A stretch of DNA of 64,000 nucleotides from Bryobacteraceae bacterium (GCA_052148435.1 JBKQIF010000055.1:3309-67308); one strand, 5' to 3'. Numbered from the stretch's first letter, positions 48,195 to 57,387 are shown. The notes: generated by a model not told the origin, from the sequence alone. Numbers and translations are program-made.

Positions 48195-48535
48195 TGAACG
48201 GTGCGCCGAGGTCCACCGGGGTTTACCCCTTTTACGGCACGAGGCGGAACTGTCCGCGATGCGGAAAGGATTTCGCCGCGGCCGGCAACCAACTGATTTG
48301 CGCGAGCTGCCGAAAACCGAAGGCCCGCGGGGGGCAGCCGCCGAACCGGAACCTGAGCCCACGACAAAAGCAGGTAGTCACGCTGGTGCGGGAAGCGAAG
48401 GCAAACAAGGAGATCGCGGCCTCTCTGCACCTGACCGAAGGAACCGTGAAACAGTACCTGTGGCTCATCTTCCGGAAGCTTGGGGTGGAGAACCGCACCG
48501 CGCTGGCCATGTGGGCGGGCGAGCAGCGATGCTGA
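48194..48535 (+). CDS. Zinc-ribbon + LuxR/GerE-type HTH regulator, candidate late-gene activator
   Basis: CPRCGKDF...ICASCRK zinc ribbon, then LSPRQKQVVTLVREAKANKEIAASLHLTEGTVKQYLWLIFRKLGVENRTALAMWA. The ATG overlaps the upstream TAA (TAATG). Sits directly upstream of terS. Confidence 0.7.
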   Translation: MNGAPRSTGVYPFYGTRRNCPRCGKDFAAAGNQLICASCRKPKARGGQPPNRNLSPRQKQVVTLVREAKANKEIAASLHLTEGTVKQYLWLIFRKLGVENRTALAMWAGEQRC

Positions 48536-48576
48536 CGGGCCCGGTACGGAGATAGGGACTGAAGCCGAGATCGAGC

Positions 48577-48978
48577 GTGGTGGCGCGGGCGCGCGCCTTC
48601 CTGGCGGCCTATCGTCGCACCTGCAACATCACCCGATCGGCGGCGGCGGCCGGCATCGGGCCGAGACAGCACTACCGCTGGCTGGAGAAGTACCCGAAGT
48701 ACGCCGAAGCGTTCAAACGCGCGGGGGTGGTCGCCGGCGACTACCTGGAGAGCATGGCGGTGCAACGCGCCACGGTGGGGTGGGAAGAGCCGGTGTTTTA
48801 CCAGGGCGAGGAATGCGGCCGCGTGCGGCGCTTCGACGGCGGATTGATGCAGTTTCTCTTGCGCGGGGCTAAGCCGGAGAAGTACAAGCAGTCCACGGAA
48901 GTGACGGGAGCGAATGGAGGCCCGATCCAGGCGAAGCTGGAGCTGGTATTCCGTACTCCTCCTCCCGCCATTCCATGA
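48577..48978 (+). CDS. Terminase small subunit
   Basis: N-terminal HTH FLAAYRRTCNITRSAAAAGIGPRQHYRWLEKYPKYAEAF and C-terminal ...LMQFLLRGAKPEKYK are typical of phage terS. The stop overlaps the terL start. Confidence 0.75.
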   Translation: MVARARAFLAAYRRTCNITRSAAAAGIGPRQHYRWLEKYPKYAEAFKRAGVVAGDYLESMAVQRATVGWEEPVFYQGEECGRVRRFDGGLMQFLLRGAKPEKYKQSTEVTGANGGPIQAKLELVFRTPPPAIP

Positions 48979-50270
48979 TTGCCGAGTTCCCCGAAAAGGT
49001 GCGCTTTCTTTTCGAGCCGGCGCCTTACAAGGTGCTCTATGGCGGCCGCGACGGCATTAAGTCCTGGTCGATGTCGCGCGCGCTCACAATCATGGGTGCG
49101 CAAAACCGGCTGCGCTGGCTTTGCGCGCGAGAGACGCAGAAATCCATCGCCGAGTCGGTTCACCACCTCCTGGCGCTGCAGATTGCCAACCTGGGCCTGC
49201 AGGATTTCTATCGCGTCGAGAAGGCTCGCATCGTCGGGACGGTGGAACATGCGACCGGCATGTACGGCCGCAAGCTGGAGCGGCCGGCGCCGAGCGAGTT
49301 CGTCTTCGCGGGTTTAAAGCACAACGTGGCGGAGATCAAGTCTTACGAGGCCCTGGACGGGGTGTGGATCGAAGAAGCGGCCAACGTAAGCAAGAACTCC
49401 TGGGAAGTGGTCATTCCCACGATTCGCAAGGAAGGCTCGGAAGTCTGGGTCAGCTTCAATCCGGAGCTGCCGGAAGACGAGACCTACAAGCGCTGGGTCA
49501 TAAACCCTCCGCCAGGCGCGGTGGTGGTGAAGACGAGCTACCAGGACAACCTGTGGCTGTCGCAGACGTCGCGGACGCGCATCGAGCACATGAAAGCGAC
49601 GGACCCGGCCACTTACGACGTAATTTACGGGGGCGCCACCAAGTCGGTCTTGGAAGGCGCTATCTACGCCCAGGAGATGCGGGCGGCGGATGTCGGGGGG
49701 CGCATCACCAGGGTGCCATACGACCCGACCAAGCCGGTCCACACGTTCTGGGACCTGGGCTGGGGCGACATGACCAGCATCTGGTTCGTGCAGATTTATC
49801 CGTTCGAATTCAGGCTGATCGACTATGAGGACGGCTCGCGGCAGAACCTCAACCACTATTTGAGACGGCTGCAGGAGCGGCCCTACGTATACGGGACGGA
49901 CTTTCTCCCGCACGACGCCAAGGCTCACTCGTTGGGCACGGGGCGGTCGGTGGAAGAGCTGATGCGGGAGGCCGGGCGTAAAGTCACGGTCCTCCCGCGT
50001 CTATCGATTGGCGACGGGATCAACGCGGCGCGGACCATCTTTCCCAACTGCTGGTTCGAGGCGGAAAAGTGCGCCGAAGGGCTGCAGCATTTGCGGCGGT
50101 ACCGCTACGGGGAGATTCAGACGCTCGGCGCGCCCACGAGAGAACCGCTGCACGACGAAGCGAGTCACGCGGCGGACGCATTCCGGCAGGTAGCGATCGG
50201 GGCCAAGGCTCCGAAGTCGAAACCGCCGGCAAAGGAACCGTATCGCCGGCAGGCGACGGCCTGGTCTTAG
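48975..50270 (+). CDS. Terminase large subunit
   Basis: Walker-A-like YGGRDGIKSWS, Walker B/coupling GVWIEEAANVS, and a C-terminal RNaseH-like nuclease (FWDLGWGDMTSIWF ... LPHDA ... HAADAF). Confidence 0.9.
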   Translation: MIAEFPEKVRFLFEPAPYKVLYGGRDGIKSWSMSRALTIMGAQNRLRWLCARETQKSIAESVHHLLALQIANLGLQDFYRVEKARIVGTVEHATGMYGRKLERPAPSEFVFAGLKHNVAEIKSYEALDGVWIEEAANVSKNSWEVVIPTIRKEGSEVWVSFNPELPEDETYKRWVINPPPGAVVVKTSYQDNLWLSQTSRTRIEHMKATDPATYDVIYGGATKSVLEGAIYAQEMRAADVGGRITRVPYDPTKPVHTFWDLGWGDMTSIWFVQIYPFEFRLIDYEDGSRQNLNHYLRRLQERPYVYGTDFLPHDAKAHSLGTGRSVEELMREAGRKVTVLPRLSIGDGINAARTIFPNCWFEAEKCAEGLQHLRRYRYGEIQTLGAPTREPLHDEASHAADAFRQVAIGAKAPKSKPPAKEPYRRQATAWS

Positions 50271-50273
50271 TGA

Positions 50274-50606
50274 ATGCAAATGAATAAGAACACCGAAGGC
50301 TACTCGTACGATTTCCGCAAGGGCGGCGATACCCGGTCAAAACCGGCGAAGAAGAAGGCCGCGCCCAAGGCGGCGACAGCGAAGCCCACGGGGGATCTAA
50401 CGGCGGCGAAGCGCAGGAAGCTGGCCAACTCGGCCTTCGGACTGCCGGAGAGCCGGGGCTACCCGATGCCGGACAAGAAACACGCGCGCCTGGCGAAGAG
50501 CGGCTCATCGCACGCGAAGCACGTGGGGAACATCAGCTCGGCCGAGAAGGCGGAGATAGACGCCAAGGCCAACCGCATTTTAGGGAAAAAAGGAGAGCGC
50601 AAATGA
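50274..50606 (+). CDS. Hypothetical phage protein (basic, YP(M/I)PDKKHAR motif)
   Basis: The motif GLPESRGYPMPDKKHARLAKSGSSHA is seen in small phage head-module proteins of unknown function. Translationally coupled to the next gene. Confidence 0.55.
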   Translation: MQMNKNTEGYSYDFRKGGDTRSKPAKKKAAPKAATAKPTGDLTAAKRRKLANSAFGLPESRGYPMPDKKHARLAKSGSSHAKHVGNISSAEKAEIDAKANRILGKKGERK

Positions 50607-51106
50607 ACTGGTACCGCGTGAAATACAAAGCGAGACCGATAGAAGTCACAGCCAGCCGGATCGAGCGGGTGGGACGCATGCGGCAGAGCGGCGCCAGGCT
50701 TCTGCTGCTGGAGGACGGCCGCAAGGTGCTGGCGCATGCGGGCATGATGGCGCGCATGACGCCCGCGGTGGGCGATTACTTCGTGATCCAGGCAGACGGT
50801 TACGCCAACCTGAATCCGAAAGACGTTTTCGAGCGCAAGTACGAAATCGTCTTTGCCGCGGCGGTGGAAGCGGCTGTGCAGGAAGTACTGCAGCCGATCG
50901 GGGAGCTCGCCGGCGATGTGGAAACGGCGGCGAAACTCTTCGGGGCCGAAGAGAAAGCCGCGTTAGCCAGGCTGGAGAACGTGCTGGAGACCCAGGCGGC
51001 CAACCTGGAGGGCACGGCGGTTATCGAGCTGGGCAAGCTGGAGCGCCTCTGGAAGCGCGTAGCAGGCTTTCTGGCGGTTGCGTGGAAGCGGCTGGGGGAA
51101 GCGTAA
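50603..51106 (+). CDS. Hypothetical phage protein
   Basis: The ATG overlaps the upstream stop. GC3-rich, with an alanine/glutamate-rich helical C-terminal half. Confidence 0.5.
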   Translation: MNWYRVKYKARPIEVTASRIERVGRMRQSGARLLLLEDGRKVLAHAGMMARMTPAVGDYFVIQADGYANLNPKDVFERKYEIVFAAAVEAAVQEVLQPIGELAGDVETAAKLFGAEEKAALARLENVLETQAANLEGTAVIELGKLERLWKRVAGFLAVAWKRLGEA

Positions 51107-51400
51107 ATGGGGCACGGCTATAACTTCCGCGAGAAGACGGAATCCGCGGGTCCGAAAGGGATGGGTGCGAAGACGTTGCGGCGCCTCGAAATCACGCCGG
51201 GCAAGAACGGCGGACACTCAGTCAATCACGTCTTCAACTACAATGCCGGTCCGGGTCCAAGCCATTCAGCCGAAGAGCACATCTTCGGCGCGAGCGAAGG
51301 GCCGGCATTGGTGGCCCACATCGTGAAGCACCTGGGCATCAAGGGCACGCGGGCGCCGGCGGCGGCCGCGCCGCCAACCGGAGGCAACACGCTCGAATGA
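51107..51400 (+). CDS. Hypothetical phage protein
   Basis: The ATG directly follows the previous stop. 97 aa, no recognised motif. Confidence 0.45.
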   Translation: MGHGYNFREKTESAGPKGMGAKTLRRLEITPGKNGGHSVNHVFNYNAGPGPSHSAEEHIFGASEGPALVAHIVKHLGIKGTRAPAAAAPPTGGNTLE

Positions 51401-51442
51401 GCCCACTAGTAGCCATCCCTTGAAGCGCGGGGAGTGCTGACC

Positions 51443-51595
51443 GTGGTGTGCGACAAGTGTACGCGCGAGAAACGTTTCCTGGCGGTGGACTGCACGACGG
51501 CCACCGCGGAGGCGCGAAGGGCCGGGTGGGTTACCGCCGCCGGGAAAGACGTCTGCCCGCGCTGTCCGGCGATCCGAAAGAGAACTCGCCGATGA
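51443..51595 (+). CDS. Small zinc-ribbon protein (50 aa), not in the supplied ORF track
   Basis: GTG GTG TGC GAC AAG TGT ... translates to (M)VCDKCTREKRFLAVDCTTATAEARRAGWVTAAGKDVCPRCPAIRKRTRR*. It has a CxxC...CxxC pair, GC3-rich codons and a GGGGAG box ~10 nt upstream. Confidence 0.45.
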   Translation: MVCDKCTREKRFLAVDCTTATAEARRAGWVTAAGKDVCPRCPAIRKRTRR

Positions 51596-51749
51596 ACAGC
51601 GGAATGATCGGGTAAGCAATGTGGCCCTTTGAGGAGGACGGAACATTTTGGGAACTGACGGAATGGTGGGGACACTCCTATCGCCCGGTGTTGCCGCCAG
51701 TGCCGCATCGCTTCCCCGTCCGTGTCGGCATTCATAAATTGAAGAAAAC

Positions 51750-53957
51750 ATGTCCAAGGTAGGCCGCCAAGACGAAGCCCTTCTCAAGGAGATCCGCGAG
51801 AACTTCGAATACGCTCTTCGCTACTGGAAAGAGATCCGCGAGGAAGGGGACACCGACATGCGGTACGTGTCCGGCGACCCGTGGGACGAGAGCGAAAAGA
51901 AACTCCGCGAAGCGCAGAAACGCCCCTGCCTCGTGTTCGACGAGCTGAACCAGTACACCAACCAGCTCATCAACGACGTGCGGCAGAACAAGCGCGCGGT
52001 GAAAGTGGATCCGACCGGCAGCGGAGCGAACGAAAAGAGCGCGGAGTTCCGGGCCAACCTGATCCGGCAAATCGAGTATTCGAGCAAAGCGCAGCCGATC
52101 TACGCGCAGGTGATGGAGAACGTCACCCAGCGGAGTTACGGCTTCTGCAGGGTGTCGAAGCGCTACGTGTCGGACGATTCGGTGGATGAGCAGGAGTTGG
52201 TGATTCTGCCGATTCCGAACCCGAACACGGTGCTGATCGATCCCGACGCGAAACAGCCAGGCCGGCGCGACATGACGTGGGCCTTCCTGCTCGACAACCT
52301 GCGGACGAAGGACTTTAAGAAGCGCTGGAAGAACGCGGAGGTTCTGGATTTCTCCACCGAAATCATCCAGCAGCTTCCCCTGTGGCTGAAGGAAGACTCG
52401 ATCCAAGTGGCGGAGTATTGGCGCATCGAAAGCGAACCACGTACGCGCCTGAAGCTCGATATCCACGGGGGCTTCGTGTGTTGGGAAGACGAGCTGGAGG
52501 GCGCCGAAGTCACCGACGACGAAGCGATCTGTTCCAAGCCGTGCGAACTTCCCGACGGGGTCACGGTCCCGAAGGGCCGGCACAAGATTCTGGCGCGGCG
52601 CGACTCCCAAGTGCATAGCGTGATGCAGTACATCACCAACGGAGTAGAGATCCTGGAAGAGAATCCCCAGGACGGCCGGTACATCGCCATCGCCGCCTGC
52701 TTCGGAAAAGAGCGCTACGTCAACGACGGCGCCGGCGACAAGCTGCAAATCGAATCCCTGGTGCGCCAGGCGCGCAACCCGTTCATGGCTTACTGCTACG
52801 CGCAGACCACCAGCATGGAGCTGCTGGGGATGATGCCCAAAGCGTTGTGGAGCTGCTACGAGGGACAATTCGAGGGTCATGAGGATGAGGTGGCCAGCGC
52901 CGGCCACGCGCCGATTCCCTTCATTCAATTCAAGGCGAAGACGGAGGAGACGGGCGAAGAAATTTTGCCGCCTCCACAGTGGAATCACTGGGACGTGCCG
53001 CTGCAGTCGGTTGAAGTGGCGGCCGAGAGCTATAAGCGAGCGATCCAAAGCTCGATGGGGATGTACAACACGTCGGTGGGGAAGCACGATACCAGCGCCC
53101 AATCCGGGGTAGCGGTTCGCGAGCTGGACGATCAGTCGAGCCAGGGCTCTTTCCATTTCATCGACGCGTTCGACGGCTTCCTGGAAGACGTCGGACGCAT
53201 CCTGGACGATCAGATCGATTACGTCTACGACACCCCGCGCGACGTGGGGGTCCGAATGCCGAACGGCGATCACAAGGTGGTGCGGGTCAACGAAGCGTTT
53301 ACCGATCCGCAGACCGGAGAGACGTATCACTACAGGCTGGGGACCGGGCGCCACAGCGTCTCGATCAGCACCGGGCCGAGCAGCAACTCCCAGCGCCAGG
53401 CCGCCAGCGAGTTCGCCGACCAGCTCGCGCAGAATCAGATGGTCTTCCCGCGCATCGCGGATTTGGTGGTCAAGTTGAAGAACCTGGGACCGATCGGCGA
53501 CGAGATCTCGGATCGGCTGGTACCGGCGGATATCGCCGCGCGGAAGGGAGGGGCGCCGCTGCCGCCTCAGGCCCAGCAAATGATGAGCCAGCAGAAACAG
53601 CAGCTCATGCAGCAAGCGGCGCTCATCGCCGACTTGCAGAAGCAGCTCGAAGCCAAACTGCCGGAGATCCAATCGAAGCAAGCCATCGCGGCGCTGCAGG
53701 AAGAGACGAAGCGGCAGGATATCCAGGCGCAACTGCGCATCGCGGAGTTACAGGCCGGGGTGCAATCGAGCATCGCCAAGCTGGAAGCGATGGTGGGGTC
53801 GATTCAGCACTCCCTCGAGCTGATGGATTCGCAGGCCGACCGGGATCACGAAGCCACGCTGCAGCAGCAGGCGCAGGACGCGCAAGCGGCGGCTAATCCA
53901 CCGGCAGCACAGGGGCAGGCGGGGCCAACAGCGCAGCCGTCGCCCGGTCAAGCTTAA
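51750..53957 (+). CDS. Portal protein (P22/podovirus-like, with a long C-terminal coiled-coil barrel)
   Basis: N-terminal ...YWKEIREEGDTDMRYVSGDPWDESEKKLREAQKRPCLVFDELNQYTNQLINDVRQNKRAVKVDP... is the typical portal N-region. The C-terminal ~130 aa are Gln/Ala-rich heptads (QQMMSQQKQQLMQQAALIADLQKQLE...). Confidence 0.85.
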   Translation: MSKVGRQDEALLKEIRENFEYALRYWKEIREEGDTDMRYVSGDPWDESEKKLREAQKRPCLVFDELNQYTNQLINDVRQNKRAVKVDPTGSGANEKSAEFRANLIRQIEYSSKAQPIYAQVMENVTQRSYGFCRVSKRYVSDDSVDEQELVILPIPNPNTVLIDPDAKQPGRRDMTWAFLLDNLRTKDFKKRWKNAEVLDFSTEIIQQLPLWLKEDSIQVAEYWRIESEPRTRLKLDIHGGFVCWEDELEGAEVTDDEAICSKPCELPDGVTVPKGRHKILARRDSQVHSVMQYITNGVEILEENPQDGRYIAIAACFGKERYVNDGAGDKLQIESLVRQARNPFMAYCYAQTTSMELLGMMPKALWSCYEGQFEGHEDEVASAGHAPIPFIQFKAKTEETGEEILPPPQWNHWDVPLQSVEVAAESYKRAIQSSMGMYNTSVGKHDTSAQSGVAVRELDDQSSQGSFHFIDAFDGFLEDVGRILDDQIDYVYDTPRDVGVRMPNGDHKVVRVNEAFTDPQTGETYHYRLGTGRHSVSISTGPSSNSQRQAASEFADQLAQNQMVFPRIADLVVKLKNLGPIGDEISDRLVPADIAARKGGAPLPPQAQQMMSQQKQQLMQQAALIADLQKQLEAKLPEIQSKQAIAALQEETKRQDIQAQLRIAELQAGVQSSIAKLEAMVGSIQHSLELMDSQADRDHEATLQQQAQDAQAAANPPAAQGQAGPTAQPSPGQA

Positions 53958-54085
53958 GCGGCACGAAGGGCCGCAAGTCGACGGAGTTCTGCCAAGGATC
54001 GGGAGCAAGGGCGTTCACGAACGATTCTATTATCCCGCCTATCGCGGAAGGCGTAAAAGAACCGCGGTCAAAGGAGCAAAACAGC

Positions 54086-55072
54086 ATGGAAGACGAAAAC
54101 AGCGCGGTCCCGTCAACCGATGAAGCAGCGGGCAATTCACTGGACACGATGACCGGCGAGCAACGGTCGGAGTGGCTGTTGAATGGCACGCCAATGCCGA
54201 AAGACGAAGCGGATCCGGCCCCCGCACCGAAACACAAGTCCGAGGCTGCGAAGCCTGAACCGACGCCGGCGGCGGACACCGGGAATTCAGAGGAGCCGAA
54301 ACTAGGGAGCAGGGCACACCAGCGCATCCAGGAATTGCTGACGGAACGCGCGTCGCTTCGCGCGAGACTCGACCAGATCGAAGCTGCAGGCAAAAACAAA
54401 CCGGCCGACAAACCAGCGGATTCGGCCCCCGCCAAACCGGCAGCGGAGACGAAAGCGGTCCCGAGCGACGGCCGGCCCGTTCCCCCCGATCCCGAAAAAT
54501 GGACCGGCACGTGGGAAGAGCTGGAAAAAGCCAAGCTGAAGTACTTCGACGAATACACCGACTGGAAGATGAAGCAGCCGGAGCGCGACCGCCAGGCGGC
54601 GGATACAGCGAAGGCGCAAGCCAAGCTTACCGAACTGCAGCAGGGCTATAAGACGCGCGCCGAAGCGGTTCTGGCGGCGGATCCGGAATATGCCGATGCG
54701 CAAGACATCATCGGAAAGTTCGTTACCGCCAAGGGTGTCGACCAGCTCATCCTGGAATCCGAAGTCGGGCCCGAGATCGTGATGCACCTCTACAAGCTGC
54801 CGTATGAAGAGCAGCAGCGGGTAGCGGGACTTACTCCCGCGGCCCTGGCGAGAGAGATCACGCGGCTCGAAGACAAGCTCTCCCAACCCGCGGCCGCAGC
54901 CGCGGCGGCTCCTCAACCGAAACACACGAGCGCGGCTAAGAAGCCGCCCACGGAACTCAGCGGCAGGAATGCCACCAACACCGTGGACGAGGCCGAGCAG
55001 GCGCTCGAAGCAGGTGACATGGGCAAATACATTGCCGTCATGAACGCCCGCGCGGTCAAGAAGCCCAACTAA
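54086..55072 (+). CDS. Scaffolding protein
   Basis: Acidic/lysine-rich helical 328-aa protein between portal and coat. AAGGAG RBS 8 nt upstream. Confidence 0.65.
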   Translation: MEDENSAVPSTDEAAGNSLDTMTGEQRSEWLLNGTPMPKDEADPAPAPKHKSEAAKPEPTPAADTGNSEEPKLGSRAHQRIQELLTERASLRARLDQIEAAGKNKPADKPADSAPAKPAAETKAVPSDGRPVPPDPEKWTGTWEELEKAKLKYFDEYTDWKMKQPERDRQAADTAKAQAKLTELQQGYKTRAEAVLAADPEYADAQDIIGKFVTAKGVDQLILESEVGPEIVMHLYKLPYEEQQRVAGLTPAALAREITRLEDKLSQPAAAAAAAPQPKHTSAAKKPPTELSGRNATNTVDEAEQALEAGDMGKYIAVMNARAVKKPN

Positions 55073-55112
55073 ACCGGGTCTTTTTGACGCCGCGCAAAAG
55101 GGTTAACACAAC

Positions 55113-56354
55113 GTGGCGAACACATTCCAGGTAGTCGACTGGCTTGCGGCCGAGGCCCTCAGGGGACTCGTGAACAAGCTGGCGATTGCCCCATATTTCA
55201 ATACCAGTTACAACGCGGAGTACACCAAGGCCTTCGCCGTGGGCGAGACGGTCCGGGTGCCGCTTCCCCAGCGCTTCGTCATCACGAGCGGACTGGGCTA
55301 CCAGCCGCAGGTGATCAACCGGCTCTTCACGACGGTGAGCGTGGATCAGATTTTCGGCGTTCACTTCGAGTACGATTCCATCGAAGAAGCGTTGAAACTC
55401 GAACGCGGGCGGGCGGCCTTCAAGGAAAACTACCTGGACAAAGCCATGGAACAGATGGCCCAGGAGATCGACTCCAGAGCCGCGTTATGGGCTCTGACGA
55501 ATACCAACAACGTGGTGGGCGCACTGGGCACCACGCCGACGTCCTTCGACATCTACGGCCAGGCGCGCGCCAGGCTGATCGAAAACGCCTGCACGCCGGG
55601 CAAAAAGGGAATGATCGTTAGCCCGCAAATGATGCGGACGATCGTCAGCAACAACCTGACGACTTTCAACCCGCAGGATGCGGTGGCGAAGGCCTTCCGC
55701 GAAGGCTACTACGGCGATGCGCAGGGTTTCACGTGGGACGAGAGCATGTCTCTCTACTCCCAGACGGCGGGAACCTGGCAGAACAACGTCACGGTCAACA
55801 CGCCTCCCACCAACGGCGCCACTTCCATGGTGGTGAATTGCACCAACGGCGATACGTTCAACCAAAACGATGTCTTCAGCGTTAACCTGGTCAACAACGC
55901 CAACCCGGTCACCCGGCGCACCACCGGCACGCTGAAGCAATTCGTGCTGACCCAGAGCGTGACCGCAACGGGCGCTACGGCCACGATCTACTTCCAGGCT
56001 GGGACCCAGGGCATTCAAGGCCCGGGATCGCAGTACCAGAATGTGGACGCGCTGCCCGTCGCGAATGCGCAATTGACACTCTATCCGGGCACGACGAGCC
56101 CCAACGGCAAATCGGGGATGAACGGCCTGGCGCTGAACCAGGACGCCTTCGCCCTGGTGGGGGTGAAGCTGGAAATCCCGAAGGCTTGCGAAATGTCGAG
56201 CGTCGCCCGCGACCCGAAGACGGGGATCGCGGTGGCCTTCCTGCGCATGATGGATCCGATCGAGCGGAAGATGGTGAACCGCTTCGACTGCCTGCTCGGG
56301 TTCGGGAACCTGTACCCGGACAACTGCGCGGTTCGCGTGCTGAGCCTGCAATAA
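55113..56354 (+). CDS. Major capsid protein, P22 coat protein family
   Basis: N-terminal MANTFQVVDWLAAEALRGLVNKLAIAPYFNTSYNAEYTKAFAVGETVRVPLPQRF follows the conserved start of P22_CoatProtein-family members. 413 aa, positioned after the scaffold gene. Confidence 0.8.
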   Translation: MANTFQVVDWLAAEALRGLVNKLAIAPYFNTSYNAEYTKAFAVGETVRVPLPQRFVITSGLGYQPQVINRLFTTVSVDQIFGVHFEYDSIEEALKLERGRAAFKENYLDKAMEQMAQEIDSRAALWALTNTNNVVGALGTTPTSFDIYGQARARLIENACTPGKKGMIVSPQMMRTIVSNNLTTFNPQDAVAKAFREGYYGDAQGFTWDESMSLYSQTAGTWQNNVTVNTPPTNGATSMVVNCTNGDTFNQNDVFSVNLVNNANPVTRRTTGTLKQFVLTQSVTATGATATIYFQAGTQGIQGPGSQYQNVDALPVANAQLTLYPGTTSPNGKSGMNGLALNQDAFALVGVKLEIPKACEMSSVARDPKTGIAVAFLRMMDPIERKMVNRFDCLLGFGNLYPDNCAVRVLSLQ

Positions 56355-56369
56355 CAGCCAAAACGGAAG

Positions 56370-56385
56370 GGGCCGGCAACGGCCC
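56370..56385 (+). terminator. Short hairpin after the coat gene (GGGCCG-GCAA-CGGCCC)
   Basis: 6-bp GC stem with a GNRA-like loop, 16 nt after the coat stop. No T-tract, so it may act as an attenuator or stabiliser rather than a full terminator. Confidence 0.35.
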
Positions 56386-56409
56386 TCTCAAGGAGAAAAA
56401 CCAAACAAC

Positions 56410-57315
56410 ATGAACACTTTCAAACGATTCGCTTTCGGCGTGGCTGGGCTGCTGCTGGCACTGATTCCGGTGCAGGCGCAGGCGCAGGCCACCTTGCCGA
56501 CCACGACTCTCATTACCGCGCTCATGGCGACGGTATCGAGCAACACTCCCGGCATTTCCACCGACGTCATCCAGGTGGGCTCGACCTCGGGCTTCGTCCA
56601 GAATTCGGTGGGACAGTGGACCACTCTGCTGTACGCCGACTTCGAAGCGATGGATGTGGTGGGCGTTCTCAATGCCACCCAGGGCATCGTGCGGGTAGTG
56701 CGCGGCGCCTGGGGCACAAAGGCCAGCTATCACAACGCAGGGACCGTAATCTATGTCGGGGCCCCGAGTTCGTTTGGCGGCTCGGCTTTCGCGGGCTCGG
56801 CTACCAGCGGCGATCAGTATGGCGCTTGCATGCCGTCGACCATTCCGGCGCTGCCGTTCATCAACATCGACGACGGCAAAATCTTCAACTGCTTCTCTTC
56901 GGGCCAGTGGGTCCAAACCGGACTCGGGACCATGGGCGGGGCGCCGGCGCAGCTCCAATCGGATTTCTGCACGGGCACGGTGGCCACGGCGCAGACGGAG
57001 TATCTCAACGACACGGCTTGCTCCGGAGCAACCACGGCGCTGGCTCCGACGATTCAGGTCTCGTACGGGACGATCTACGGGCTGAACGTGGCATCGAGCG
57101 CGAACGTGGTGGGCGGAACTTCCGTGGACGTGCTGACCATTTACAAGAACGGCTCGGCCACGGCCTTGACCTGTACCATCGCGGCGGCCAGCAAGACCTG
57201 CAGCGACACTACCCACTCGGTGGCCGTGAAGCCGGGCGACCAGATCACCTATCAGTTTGTGACTGCCACCTCGGACACGGCGGCCAACGTCGGCGCGTCG
57301 GTCGAGAAGCAGTAG
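56410..57315 (+). CDS. Secreted (Sec signal peptide) protein of unknown function embedded in the virion module
   Basis: MNTFKRFAFGVAGLLLALIPVQAQAQA is a classic signal peptide with an AxA site. The mature part is Gly/Ser/Thr/Ala-rich with 8 Cys. Confidence 0.65.
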   Translation: MNTFKRFAFGVAGLLLALIPVQAQAQATLPTTTLITALMATVSSNTPGISTDVIQVGSTSGFVQNSVGQWTTLLYADFEAMDVVGVLNATQGIVRVVRGAWGTKASYHNAGTVIYVGAPSSFGGSAFAGSATSGDQYGACMPSTIPALPFINIDDGKIFNCFSSGQWVQTGLGTMGGAPAQLQSDFCTGTVATAQTEYLNDTACSGATTALAPTIQVSYGTIYGLNVASSANVVGGTSVDVLTIYKNGSATALTCTIAAASKTCSDTTHSVAVKPGDQITYQFVTATSDTAANVGASVEKQ

Positions 57316-57332
57316 CTTTCAAGCATCAAGTT

Positions 57333-57360
57333 GGGGCGCCTTGGCGGGCGCCCCGTTTTT
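57333..57360 (+). terminator. Canonical rho-independent terminator inside the late gene train
   Basis: GGGGCGCC-TTGGCG-GGCGCCCC followed by GTTTTT, 18 nt after the stop of the secreted-protein gene. Confidence 0.75.
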
Positions 57361-57387
57361 CCCCAAATGCAAAACAGGAGAGTTTCC

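Noticed and set aside
51732-53732. 666-aa minus-strand ORF
   Set aside because: Antisense to the portal gene. Leu/Arg/His/Val-rich shadow.
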